From: Candidatus Acetothermia bacterium
Lineage (GTDB): Bacteria > Bipolaricaulota > Bipolaricaulia > UBA7950
Assembly (NCBI GenBank): GCA_022684035.1
Contig: JAJHSB010000080.1
Location: 1-60,530, forward strand
Direction of reading: 5' to 3'
Length of the DNA stretch: 60,530 bases
Part shown: positions 50,504-58,372 of the stretch, one piece after another
Numbering within the stretch: position 1 is the stretch's first letter
How the letters are laid out: the number at the start of each line of letters is the position of its first letter
The notes under the pieces: generated by a model
Seen by the model: the letters and a program-made list of their open reading frames with translations, nothing else
Told to the model about the DNA's origin: nothing
Database searches by the model: none
Translations under genes and position numbers: made by a program

Positions 50504-50544
50504 AATTATCTGTTGACAAACAATCGTTCGCTTGCAAAAGGAGA

Positions 50545-51513
50545 ATGAATATGACAAATACTGTCTTAGCGGTGAAAAATCTTACCAAGATTTATGACGG
50601 ACGACGAGGGAAGAAAACCATTGCTGTCGATGATATCAGCTTTTCTATCAGAAAGAATGAGGTTGTAGGACTCCTCGGCCCAAACGGTGCTGGCAAGACG
50701 ACAACGATCAAGTGCATCTGCACATTGATCAACCCCACGAAGGGCACGATTAACGTCAACGGCACTGATGCAGTAAAGAATTCGCGTACCGTCCTGCAGA
50801 AAGTGACGGCTGTTTTAGAAGGGAACAGAAATATCTACTGGCGGCTCTCAGTGCGGGAGAACCTGGAGTTCTTCGCTGGTCTCCAAGGTATCCCTGCCCG
50901 CCGAGTGCAGAACTATATCGATCAATTGATCGAGTTGTTTCAGCTCAAAGAAAAGGAACAGACCCCGGCACGCAAACTCTCCCGCGGAATGCAGCAAAAG
51001 TTGGCCGTTGCCTGTGCATTGGTTAAGCAAACTGATATCTTGCTTCTCGATGAACCTACATTAGGTCTCGACGTGGAGATATCGCACGAATTGCGCTTCG
51101 CATTAAAAGAGATGGCCCAGCAGGGCGAGCGGACGATCATCGTCTCGAGCCACGACATGAGCGTAGTGCAGGACATTTGCGAGCGAGTGATCATCATCAA
51201 TAATGGGAGAATCGTCACCGACGATCGGGTGGCAAATCTCTTGAGACTGTTCCAGGCCAGTGCTTATCGTTTCGAGATCGAAGGCCGACTGGCCGAGCAG
51301 CAGGTGAAGCGACTGGAGGAGCGGTTTGAGATGCTCAAGGTCAGCGGAACCGACTACCACACCGAGATCGAAGTAGATCTGGAAGATGGCAACCAGATAT
51401 ACGAGATCATGGATATATTAAAAGAGGGCGACAGTCGCATAAGGTCAATCGCGCGCAAAGATCCGAACATGGAAGAGATATTCCTCACAATTATCAAAGG
51501 AAGCAAACAGTGA
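50545..51513 (+). CDS. ABC-2 type exporter ATP-binding protein
   Basis: GPNGAGKTT, LSRGMQQK, LLLDEPT, SSH. Confidence 0.93.
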   Translation: MNMTNTVLAVKNLTKIYDGRRGKKTIAVDDISFSIRKNEVVGLLGPNGAGKTTTIKCICTLINPTKGTINVNGTDAVKNSRTVLQKVTAVLEGNRNIYWRLSVRENLEFFAGLQGIPARRVQNYIDQLIELFQLKEKEQTPARKLSRGMQQKLAVACALVKQTDILLLDEPTLGLDVEISHELRFALKEMAQQGERTIIVSSHDMSVVQDICERVIIINNGRIVTDDRVANLLRLFQASAYRFEIEGRLAEQQVKRLEERFEMLKVSGTDYHTEIEVDLEDGNQIYEIMDILKEGDSRIRSIARKDPNMEEIFLTIIKGSKQ

Positions 51514-52286
51514 GATACTTGGTGCTCTTTAAGACGATGTTTAAATGGGAGTTCATCATAATGAGACGATATCTGTTCAATATGCTCTCAGCGCTCATCA
51601 GTATTTACATCCTTTTCCTGCTTATCTTCTTTGGTGTGCGCACTTTGGGCGGCGGCGCACCAGGATTCGGGGGCACTCTGGACGCAATCGTCGTTGGTTT
51701 TTTAGTTTGGACCTTCGCGCTCTTCACCTATAGTAATTTTGCCTGGGGAATGATTCGTGAAGCACAAGAAGGCACACTGGAGCAGTTGTACATGTCCTCG
51801 GTCGGATTCATCTGGGTCTCTCTGTTTCGCAGCATGAGTTCTTTTCTCATCACGTTGATATTCAATATTACTTTGTTGATATTGATGATGGCTACTACCG
51901 GCCGCTGGCTCCATCTCGATGTAATCAGTCTTCTGCCGCTATTACTCCTTACGCTCGCCGGTGTTTATGGTATCGGGCTTGTAATGGGCGGGTTGGCATT
52001 GGTCTTCAAGCGGATCGAGTCGTTCCTCCAGATCTTTCAATTCGCCATCATTGGACTGATTGCTACTCCGATCGACCGGTTTCCGGTGCTGCGATTTCTG
52101 CCGCTCTCTCAAGGGTATGAACTGATCCGCCAGGTGATGGCTGAGGGGCTATCCATCGGGCAGCTTCCAACTGGCGATCTCCTGTTATTAGTGATTAATT
52201 CAGCATTTTACCTCGGGATCGGTCTGATCGCGTTCCACCTCCTGCTGAAGACGGCGAGGAATAGGGGGCTGCTGGGACATTACTGA
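51510..52286 (+). CDS. ABC-2 type permease, paralogue 1
   Basis: ~6 TM segments, EAQEGTLEQLY loop, ends RGLLGHY. Confidence 0.9.
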   Translation: MRYLVLFKTMFKWEFIIMRRYLFNMLSALISIYILFLLIFFGVRTLGGGAPGFGGTLDAIVVGFLVWTFALFTYSNFAWGMIREAQEGTLEQLYMSSVGFIWVSLFRSMSSFLITLIFNITLLILMMATTGRWLHLDVISLLPLLLLTLAGVYGIGLVMGGLALVFKRIESFLQIFQFAIIGLIATPIDRFPVLRFLPLSQGYELIRQVMAEGLSIGQLPTGDLLLLVINSAFYLGIGLIAFHLLLKTARNRGLLGHY

Positions 52287-52363
52287 TCGCCCTGTTTAGG
52301 GAGGATACGATTAGACGCTTGCAGAGAGCAGAGAACGGCCGTACATACACATAAAGGAGAAAA

Positions 52364-52609
52364 ATGGGCTTTACATGTGGGTTGATCGGCTTACCCAATG
52401 TCGGCAAATCTATGCTGTTGAACGCACTCTCTGCTGCCGGTGCCCAGGTGGAGAGTTATCCATTCTCCACATCATTTGCCAATGTCAATGTAGCAGATGT
52501 GCCGGATGAGCAGCTCGACCTTCTTGCCGCTTTCCGGAGAAGCAGAAGATCCCCACCCAATTACAGTTCCTTGATATCGCCGGCTTAGTGAGCGGAGCAA
52601 GCACGGGAG
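52364..52609 (+). pseudogene. ychF: Truncated, frameshifted ychF 5' fragment
   Basis: Copy of the ychF start with GKSML P-loop change and a 4-nt deletion (gccgctttcc vs gccgctctctttcc); homology ends at 52609. Confidence 0.9.
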
Positions 52610-52645
52610 GAGAAATGCGAGGAGGAAGGGACAGTGGAGTGACAG

Positions 52646-53440
52646 ATGAATAAGCAAGTTACTGAACTGCCGACGGCCTCCTCTGCCAAGATCCTCGCGA
52701 ACGTCGCCGAGACCGTTGCTCTGGTGGGTGGTCCGGTACTGGCAATGATCAAGTTGTCTGCCGTCTATCCCGGCGCATGGCTGATCGCTGGCATCGGCGT
52801 TCTGGCCTTTCTACTGGCAGTGCTTCTCGGTCAGGTTGGCTTCATGCGCTTGGTCACAAACCGGTGGAAGAAGCGCGCGCTGGCGCGGGGGCTACACGAG
52901 GACCAGACGCGCAAGACCTACCTGTATGCCCGTTTGATTCCCATAGGCTCTCTAACGGCCGGGGTGCTTGAGGAGACAGCGCGTTTCGCTTTGCTATCGT
53001 TGATGCTGCCATACGCCGCAGCACCTTGGATTATAGGAGTCGCCTTCGGCCTCGGTCACGGTGGAATCGAGTCTATTGTGCTCGGTCTCGCCAGCGGCGT
53101 CGTTGGTTTGCTCGACTTTCTCCTTCCCGCGAAAATGGCCGGTCTCACCCTGACCGGCGTGCGGCGGTACAGGGCGAGCGAGCACTGGATCGGAATCGGC
53201 GAACGCGCAGGAGTCACTCTCTGCCATGTCCTCTTCACACTTCTGGTAGTCCGCACCGTTCTCACCGGAAACATCCTTTGGTACTTTACGGCTATGGCCC
53301 TGCATGCAACGATGGACTTTGTTTGGGGATCAGGGCGGCTCCGGTATGGCTGGTCACTCTTTCGCTGTATGCTGGTCCCGTGGGTCACTGCTCTTGCTGG
53401 TCTTTTACTCTTGTGGGTTTCAGGCGGCTTGTTGACCTGA
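52646..53440 (+). CDS. YhfC-family intramembrane glutamic/metalloprotease (PrsW/CPBP-like clan)
   Basis: AGVLEETAR, GLGHGGIE, ER...H, ALHATMD in a multi-TM protein. Confidence 0.8.
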   Translation: MNKQVTELPTASSAKILANVAETVALVGGPVLAMIKLSAVYPGAWLIAGIGVLAFLLAVLLGQVGFMRLVTNRWKKRALARGLHEDQTRKTYLYARLIPIGSLTAGVLEETARFALLSLMLPYAAAPWIIGVAFGLGHGGIESIVLGLASGVVGLLDFLLPAKMAGLTLTGVRRYRASEHWIGIGERAGVTLCHVLFTLLVVRTVLTGNILWYFTAMALHATMDFVWGSGRLRYGWSLFRCMLVPWVTALAGLLLLWVSGGLLT

Positions 53441-53441
53441 T

Positions 53442-53464
53442 GGGGGCTGCTGGGGCACTATTAA
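53442..53464 (+). pseudogene. Orphan 3' tail of a third ABC-2 permease paralogue
   Basis: ggg ctg ctg ggg cac tat taa = GLLGHY*, the same ending as both permeases but with different codons. Confidence 0.7.
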
Positions 53465-53480
53465 CATCGGAGGTTAGACA

Positions 53481-53552
53481 TTGACCGAAGATACAGGTGT
53501 TGGGAGAGTCAAGTTCTGGGAGCAGACCTTCATTTTAAGCAGATTAAGGTAA
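53481..53552 (+). pseudogene. 23-aa ORF or gene stub with strong SD, containing the RAYT-flank-like motif
   Basis: ggagg + TTG: MTEDTGVGRVKFWEQTFILSRLR*; gggagcagaccttcatttt at 53518-53536. Confidence 0.35.
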
Positions 53553-53565
53553 GGGGGCGCGGACA

Positions 53566-54567
53566 ATGTCGGTTCAGATCCGCACACTGAGGGCCAAAGA
53601 TGTAGACGGGTTCGTGAGCTTGATGCTCATGGCCCACAGCGATGACGTCAAGCTCTTTGGGATCGACGCCGGTAAAGGCGCCGCGCAACTCCGCTCTGCA
53701 TTAACCAATCCGCTTCTCCGGGGACTGCAGGCGATCAGTGGGGCCACGGGGCGCTTCCTGGTCGCCGTGAGTGGGGGCGAGGTGGTCGGTTTAGTTGGCC
53801 TGACTGGGCAGAAGGTGCTGGAGGTGGTGGGCACGGCGGTCCATCCCGACTACCGCGGTCGGGGGATCGGAAAGGCCCTGATGGAGGCCATCCTTGCTGA
53901 GGCGCGGCGCTTGGGGCGCGATCGGGTCACTGTGGGCGTGCGGGAGGACAACCTCCCCGCGGTCCGCCTCTACGAGCAATCAGGGTTCCAGACCTACCAG
54001 CGCCTGAGCTATGTGAGTCTGGATCTTCCGTTTGATCGTAGTCTATTTCTCGCCGACGAACATGCCGCAGTCAGGCACTACCACCCGGCGGATGGGGAGC
54101 GGCTCGTTGCGGTAGAGAGGCGCGTGCTCTCGGCGGAGCATCTTCGGGTGCAAACTTCGGGGAGGTCGCGGTATGAGCCCACGTTTGGGGGAAGGCTCCG
54201 CGCGCAGCTTCTCGGCCTCAAGAGGCGAGGGCTCGTCTTGGTCGTAAGGGGCCAAGCGGTGGGCTTCGTCCTGGTCCGGGCGGACGCTTCCGCTCATGTG
54301 GGAAGGATGGAAGAGCTTCTGATGGAAAGCGAGCATGCGGAGCACCTTCCCGCCTTGCTTAAGGCAGGCCTGGAATTTTTGGAGGGAGCGGGGAAGCGTC
54401 GCTCGCTGCTCACCTTCCCTGCGGAGCAGGAGGCCGTGGGCCGAGAGATCAAGCGCCTGGGATTTTGTGAGGAGATGGCCGCTCTCATCATGGTATGCTG
54501 GCTTTCTGAACCTGCGGAGGGAGTCTTCGGGAAGAGAGTGGGGCATGAGCGAGAGACAGACAAGTAG
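53566..54567 (+). CDS. Tandem GNAT-family N-acetyltransferase
   Basis: AVHPDYRGRGIGKAL and NLPAVRLYEQSGF motif A/B; second degenerate GNAT domain. Confidence 0.88.
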   Translation: MSVQIRTLRAKDVDGFVSLMLMAHSDDVKLFGIDAGKGAAQLRSALTNPLLRGLQAISGATGRFLVAVSGGEVVGLVGLTGQKVLEVVGTAVHPDYRGRGIGKALMEAILAEARRLGRDRVTVGVREDNLPAVRLYEQSGFQTYQRLSYVSLDLPFDRSLFLADEHAAVRHYHPADGERLVAVERRVLSAEHLRVQTSGRSRYEPTFGGRLRAQLLGLKRRGLVLVVRGQAVGFVLVRADASAHVGRMEELLMESEHAEHLPALLKAGLEFLEGAGKRRSLLTFPAEQEAVGREIKRLGFCEEMAALIMVCWLSEPAEGVFGKRVGHERETDK

Positions 54568-54805
54568 GCAGTGGGATACACTGTACAGGGGAACAGAGTG
54601 CGTCTGGGGCATTGAGCCGGACCGTGTGTGTGGTGTGGAGGAAGCGTTCCGGAATCAAAACAGGCTTCTCTCATCGAAAGATGAGTGTGAGCCGTTACCT
54701 TTTGATATACTTAAAGCAGGCGACAGCCGTATAAAGGCGATCGCTCACAAAGATCCGAACATGGAAGAGATATTCCTCACAATTATCAAAGGAGGTAAAA
54801 AGTGA
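54545..54805 (+). pseudogene. Chimeric ORF: methyltransferase-like N-terminal stub fused in frame to ABC ATPase C-terminal stub
   Basis: MSERQTSRQWDTLYRGTECVWGIEPD...DILKAGDSRIKAIAHKDPNMEEIFLTIIKGGKK*; stop overlaps GTG of permease 2. Confidence 0.6.
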
Positions 54806-55905
54806 GATACTTGGTGCTCTTTAAGACGATAGTTAAATGGGAGTTCATCATGATGAGACGATATCTGTTCAATATGCTCTCATTTCTGATTAGTATGTAT
54901 ATCTTTTTCCTGCTTATCTTCTTGGGTGTACGCGCCTTGGGCGGCGGCGCATCAGGATTCGGGGGAACTCTGGACGCGATCATCGTAGGATTCTTAGTCT
55001 GGACCTTCGCGATCTCCACTTATAGTGATTTTGCCCAGGGAATGGTTCAGGAAGCACAAGAGGGCACACTGGAGCAGTTGTACATGTCCTCGGTCGGATT
55101 CATCTGGGTCTCTCTGTTTCGCAGCATGAGTTCTTTTCTCATCACGTCAATATTTATTATTACTTTGTTGATATTGATGATGGCTACTACCGGCCGCTGG
55201 CTCTATCTCGATGTAATCAGTCTCCTGCCGCTATTACTCCTTACGCTCGCCGGTGTTTACGGTATCGGGTTTATCATGGGAGGATTGGCATTGGTCTTCA
55301 AGCGGATCGAGTCGTTCATCGGGATCTTTCAATTCGCCATGGTCGGGCTGATCGCTGCTCCGATCGACCGGTTCCCGGTGCTGCGCTATCTGCCGCTCTC
55401 TCAGGGGAACGAACTAATCCGCCGGGTGATGGCCGAGGGGCTATCTATCGGGCAGCTTCCAACCGGCGATCTCCTGTTATTGGTGATTAATTCCGCATTT
55501 TACCTCGGGATCGGGCTGATTACATTCAAGCTGCTACTTAAGACAGCGAAGAATAGAGGACTGTTGGGGCATTACTGATCGCCCTGTTTAGGGAGGATAC
55601 GATTAGACGCTTGCAGAGAACAGAGAACGGCCGTACATACACATAAAGGAGAAAAATGGGCTTTACATGTGGGTTGATCGGCTTACCCAATGTTGGCAAA
55701 TCTACGCTGTTGAACGCACTCTCTGCTGCCGGTGCCAAGGTGGAGAGTTATCCATTCTCCACCATTACTACCAATATTGGTGTAGTAGATGTGCCGGATG
55801 AGCGGCTCGACCTTCTTGCCGCTCTCTTTCCGGAGAAGCAGAAGATCCCCACCCAATTACAGCTCCTTGATATCGCCGGCTTAGTGAGCGGAGCAAGCGC
55901 GGGAG
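54704..55905 (+). repeat. ~1.2-kb direct repeat, copy 2
   Basis: Matches 51412-52609. Confidence 0.95.
54802..55578 (+). CDS. ABC-2 type permease, paralogue 2
   Basis: Same length as paralogue 1; about 32 of 258 residues differ by manual count. Confidence 0.9.
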   Translation: MRYLVLFKTIVKWEFIMMRRYLFNMLSFLISMYIFFLLIFLGVRALGGGASGFGGTLDAIIVGFLVWTFAISTYSDFAQGMVQEAQEGTLEQLYMSSVGFIWVSLFRSMSSFLITSIFIITLLILMMATTGRWLYLDVISLLPLLLLTLAGVYGIGFIMGGLALVFKRIESFIGIFQFAMVGLIAAPIDRFPVLRYLPLSQGNELIRRVMAEGLSIGQLPTGDLLLLVINSAFYLGIGLITFKLLLKTAKNRGLLGHY

Positions 55906-56744
55906 AAGGATTAGGAAATCAGTTTCTCGCTGAAATCAGAACAGTTGATGCCATTCTCCATGTTGTACGTTGTTTCCGCGATGAGAATGTGGCTCACGTT
56001 ACCGGAGAATTGGACCCGGAAGGAGATATTGCAATCGTCAATACCGAACTTCTACTCAAAGACCTTGAGACATTACAGCGAACTTGCGCCACCCTTTCCC
56101 GGCAACAGAAATCCGGTGACCGTCAGATTAAAACGCGGTTTACTCTCTGCCAAACGCTCCTTGAAACTGTAGCCCGGGGTTCCGCTATCGATATAGGAGA
56201 GGTTGATTCTGATGCGGAAGCGCTGATTCGTGAACTCTCTCTCCTTACTGCCAAGCCGGTCCTCTATATAGCCAATGTCGATGATAACGGCAAGAACGAA
56301 TATTCACGCCGGGTAGAAGAATTAGGGCAGAGAAACGGAATAAGGACGATCACCATCTGCGGCCGAATCGAAGCAGAGATAGCCGAGATAGCTGTAACGC
56401 CTCTGGAGAGAAAGAGTTACTTAACAGCATGGGGGCTCGCTGAGAGTGGCCTTTCCCAATTGATTCGTGCCAGTTACGATCTGCTGAAATTGGTCACCTT
56501 CTTCACAATTGACGGACCAGAAGTCCGCGCGTGGACCGTACCACAGAATACAACGGCTCCGATTGCTGCCGGTAAAGTCCATAGCGATTTTGCCAATCGC
56601 TTCGTCCAGGCAGAAGTGATGGATGTAGAAAATCTTTGCCAATATAAGAGTGTGAAGACGTTGCGAGAAAAGGGTCTGATAAGACGCGCCGGCCGTGATC
56701 ATATTGTGCAAGATGGCGAGATCATCCATTTTATCTGTGGATAA
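55656..56744 (+). CDS. ychF: Redox-regulated ATPase YchF (Obg family)
   Basis: GLIGLPNVGKSTL, DIAGLV.GAS.GEGLGNQFL, TAKP..YIANV, AAGKVHSDF..RFVQAEV. Confidence 0.95.
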   Translation: MGFTCGLIGLPNVGKSTLLNALSAAGAKVESYPFSTITTNIGVVDVPDERLDLLAALFPEKQKIPTQLQLLDIAGLVSGASAGEGLGNQFLAEIRTVDAILHVVRCFRDENVAHVTGELDPEGDIAIVNTELLLKDLETLQRTCATLSRQQKSGDRQIKTRFTLCQTLLETVARGSAIDIGEVDSDAEALIRELSLLTAKPVLYIANVDDNGKNEYSRRVEELGQRNGIRTITICGRIEAEIAEIAVTPLERKSYLTAWGLAESGLSQLIRASYDLLKLVTFFTIDGPEVRAWTVPQNTTAPIAAGKVHSDFANRFVQAEVMDVENLCQYKSVKTLREKGLIRRAGRDHIVQDGEIIHFICG

Positions 56745-56756
56745 GGCAGCAGGTAA

Positions 56757-56921
56757 GTCATTGCGAGTTTACGAAGCAATCCCGTTGCTTTAGCCTAGTC
56801 GTAGGGGCAACCCCCTGTGGTTGCCCATTTTTGGGACAGGCACAGGGGCCTGCCCCTACAGGAATAATGATGCCATGGACATGACAAGATTGCCACGAGT
56901 TCTGCGAACTCTCGCAATGAC
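56757..56921. repeat. Nested REP-like elements
   Basis: Outer gtcattgcgag..gaagcaatc / gattgccacg..ctcgcaatgac; inner gtaggggcaaccccctgtggttgccc..gggacaggcacaggggcctgcccctac (56801-56859). Confidence 0.85.
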
Positions 56922-56960
56922 AAGAAAAAGGAGGCGCTGCATCCCCGCAATGGCAAGAAC
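56887..56960 (+). repeat. Left copy of ~75-bp long-range inverted repeat
   Basis: First 43 nt are identical to the reverse complement of the 3' end of 60312-60387; the remainder is similar. Confidence 0.9.
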
Positions 56961-57065
56961 GCTTGCTGCCAGCTTGTTCATACTGGATCTTACTTGCGTG
57001 CAAGCATAACTATTACATATAATAGAAGGCAAGTCATATCTTTTGCTTGCCGAGGAGGAGATACA

Positions 57066-57677
57066 ATGATACGCAGCATCAAATTATCAAAGATTCTGTT
57101 GGTTATAGCCGCTATTTTACTTGTTACCGCACCGAGCAGCTGGGGACAAGCAGAATTAGACGAATTCCCATTTGGGACAACGACAATGGTCTATCGTATC
57201 GTCAGTGAAGAGATAGAAGCGCCGCAATATTTGCGGATAACGGTCACCGGTTTGGAAGACGGACGGTTTCAACTCATCATAACGCAGGAGGCGATCGGAA
57301 CGCCGGAGGAGTTAGCCTTCTTTGGTCTTTTAGGTGGAATGATGTTGCCTCACGCTGACGGGCGTGAAATCGACTTTACGCCGCTCTTCTTTCTGATGGA
57401 ACGCCGTGAATTGCTTGTAGTAGGTGAAGAGTTCCTCCTCATCAGAGGAGGAAGATTCATTGTCGTTAAGTATATTGAAATTGCAGGAATAGAAGCGATT
57501 CAGGGAATTTTCTTTCATCCACGACAACCTACTGAGCGAATAGTCATTGCTTTTTCCCTCCGAGCTCCGGTCTTTCTCTTTCCACGGTTGCGAGTGGAAG
57601 AACTGATCAACGATGAATGGGTGTCTCGATTTGAAGTCGAATTGATTGAGTACGCCCATCAACTACCAGCCAAATAG
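57066..57677 (+). CDS. Hypothetical secreted protein
   Basis: ggaggag + ATG 57066; signal-peptide-like MIRSIKLSKILLVIAAILLVTAPSSWG; no family recognised. Confidence 0.75.
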   Translation: MIRSIKLSKILLVIAAILLVTAPSSWGQAELDEFPFGTTTMVYRIVSEEIEAPQYLRITVTGLEDGRFQLIITQEAIGTPEELAFFGLLGGMMLPHADGREIDFTPLFFLMERRELLVVGEEFLLIRGGRFIVVKYIEIAGIEAIQGIFFHPRQPTERIVIAFSLRAPVFLFPRLRVEELINDEWVSRFEVELIEYAHQLPAK

Positions 57678-57685
57678 GAGGCAGA

Positions 57686-58372
57686 ATGTCATTAGTAAAA
57701 TTGCGCAACATTACCAAAGAATATCAGTTGGGAAAGACAGTGGTGCACGCACTACGCGGGGTTGATCTGGCGATCGACGCGGGAGAGATCGTCGCCATCA
57801 TGGGACCATCGGGATCGGGTAAATCAACCCTAATGCACATCATCGGCTGCCTCGATATGCCTTCGGTAGGGGAGGTGGAGATTGAAAATATGCCGACAGA
57901 TTCTCTCAGAGAGCGACAACTGGCAACAATACGAGGTCGCAAGATTGGGTTTGTCTTCCAAACATTCAACTTAGTCGCCAGCCTCACTGCGCAGGGGAAT
58001 GTGGCATTACCGATGATCTTTCAGAAAATAAAGCGAACTCAGCGTACACAACGAGCCGCGGAGTTGTTGGAGAAAATCGGCTTGGGTGATCGGAAGAACC
58101 ATCACCCTAATGAACTCTCAGGTGGAGAGCGACAGCGAGTCTCTATCGCGCGGGCAATGGCCAATGACCCCGATATTATCCTTGCTGACGAGCCGACCGG
58201 AAACCTCGATTCTGAGAGCGGGGCGACGGTAATGAGAACTCTCAGGCGCCTGAGCGACGAGGAAGGAAAAACGGTGATCGTCGTCACTCATAACCCCGAG
58301 GTTGCTGCTTATGCAGATAGGGTTATCACATTACGTGACGGAAAAATAATTAAGGAGGAGCGCCGTGATTAA
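57686..58372 (+). CDS. ABC ATP-binding protein, LolD/MacB/SalX type
   Basis: GPSGSGKST, LSGGERQR, LADEPTGNLD, VTH. Confidence 0.94.
   Translation: MSLVKLRNITKEYQLGKTVVHALRGVDLAIDAGEIVAIMGPSGSGKSTLMHIIGCLDMPSVGEVEIENMPTDSLRERQLATIRGRKIGFVFQTFNLVASLTAQGNVALPMIFQKIKRTQRTQRAAELLEKIGLGDRKNHHPNELSGGERQRVSIARAMANDPDIILADEPTGNLDSESGATVMRTLRRLSDEEGKTVIVVTHNPEVAAYADRVITLRDGKIIKEERRD

Larger units (their letters stand above)
51412..52609 (+). repeat. ~1.2-kb direct repeat, copy 1 (ATPase tail, permease, ychF 5' end)
   Basis: Aligns to 54704-55905 at constant offset 3292 (3296 after a 4-nt deletion). Confidence 0.95.

Noticed and set aside
53455-53480. Integron attC-like core (gttagac)
   Set aside because: The upstream tattaac is not RYYYAAC, the spacing is far too short for an attC hairpin, and there is no integrase.
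51412-55905. Diversity-generating retroelement (template/variable repeat) explanation for the duplication
   Set aside because: Differences in the patches I compared involve all four bases rather than adenines, and no reverse transcriptase is present in the window.
56758-57009. ORFs 56758..57003(-) and 56821..57009(-), and the 56994 extension
   Set aside because: Read through the nested palindromic repeats; typical spurious repeat translations.
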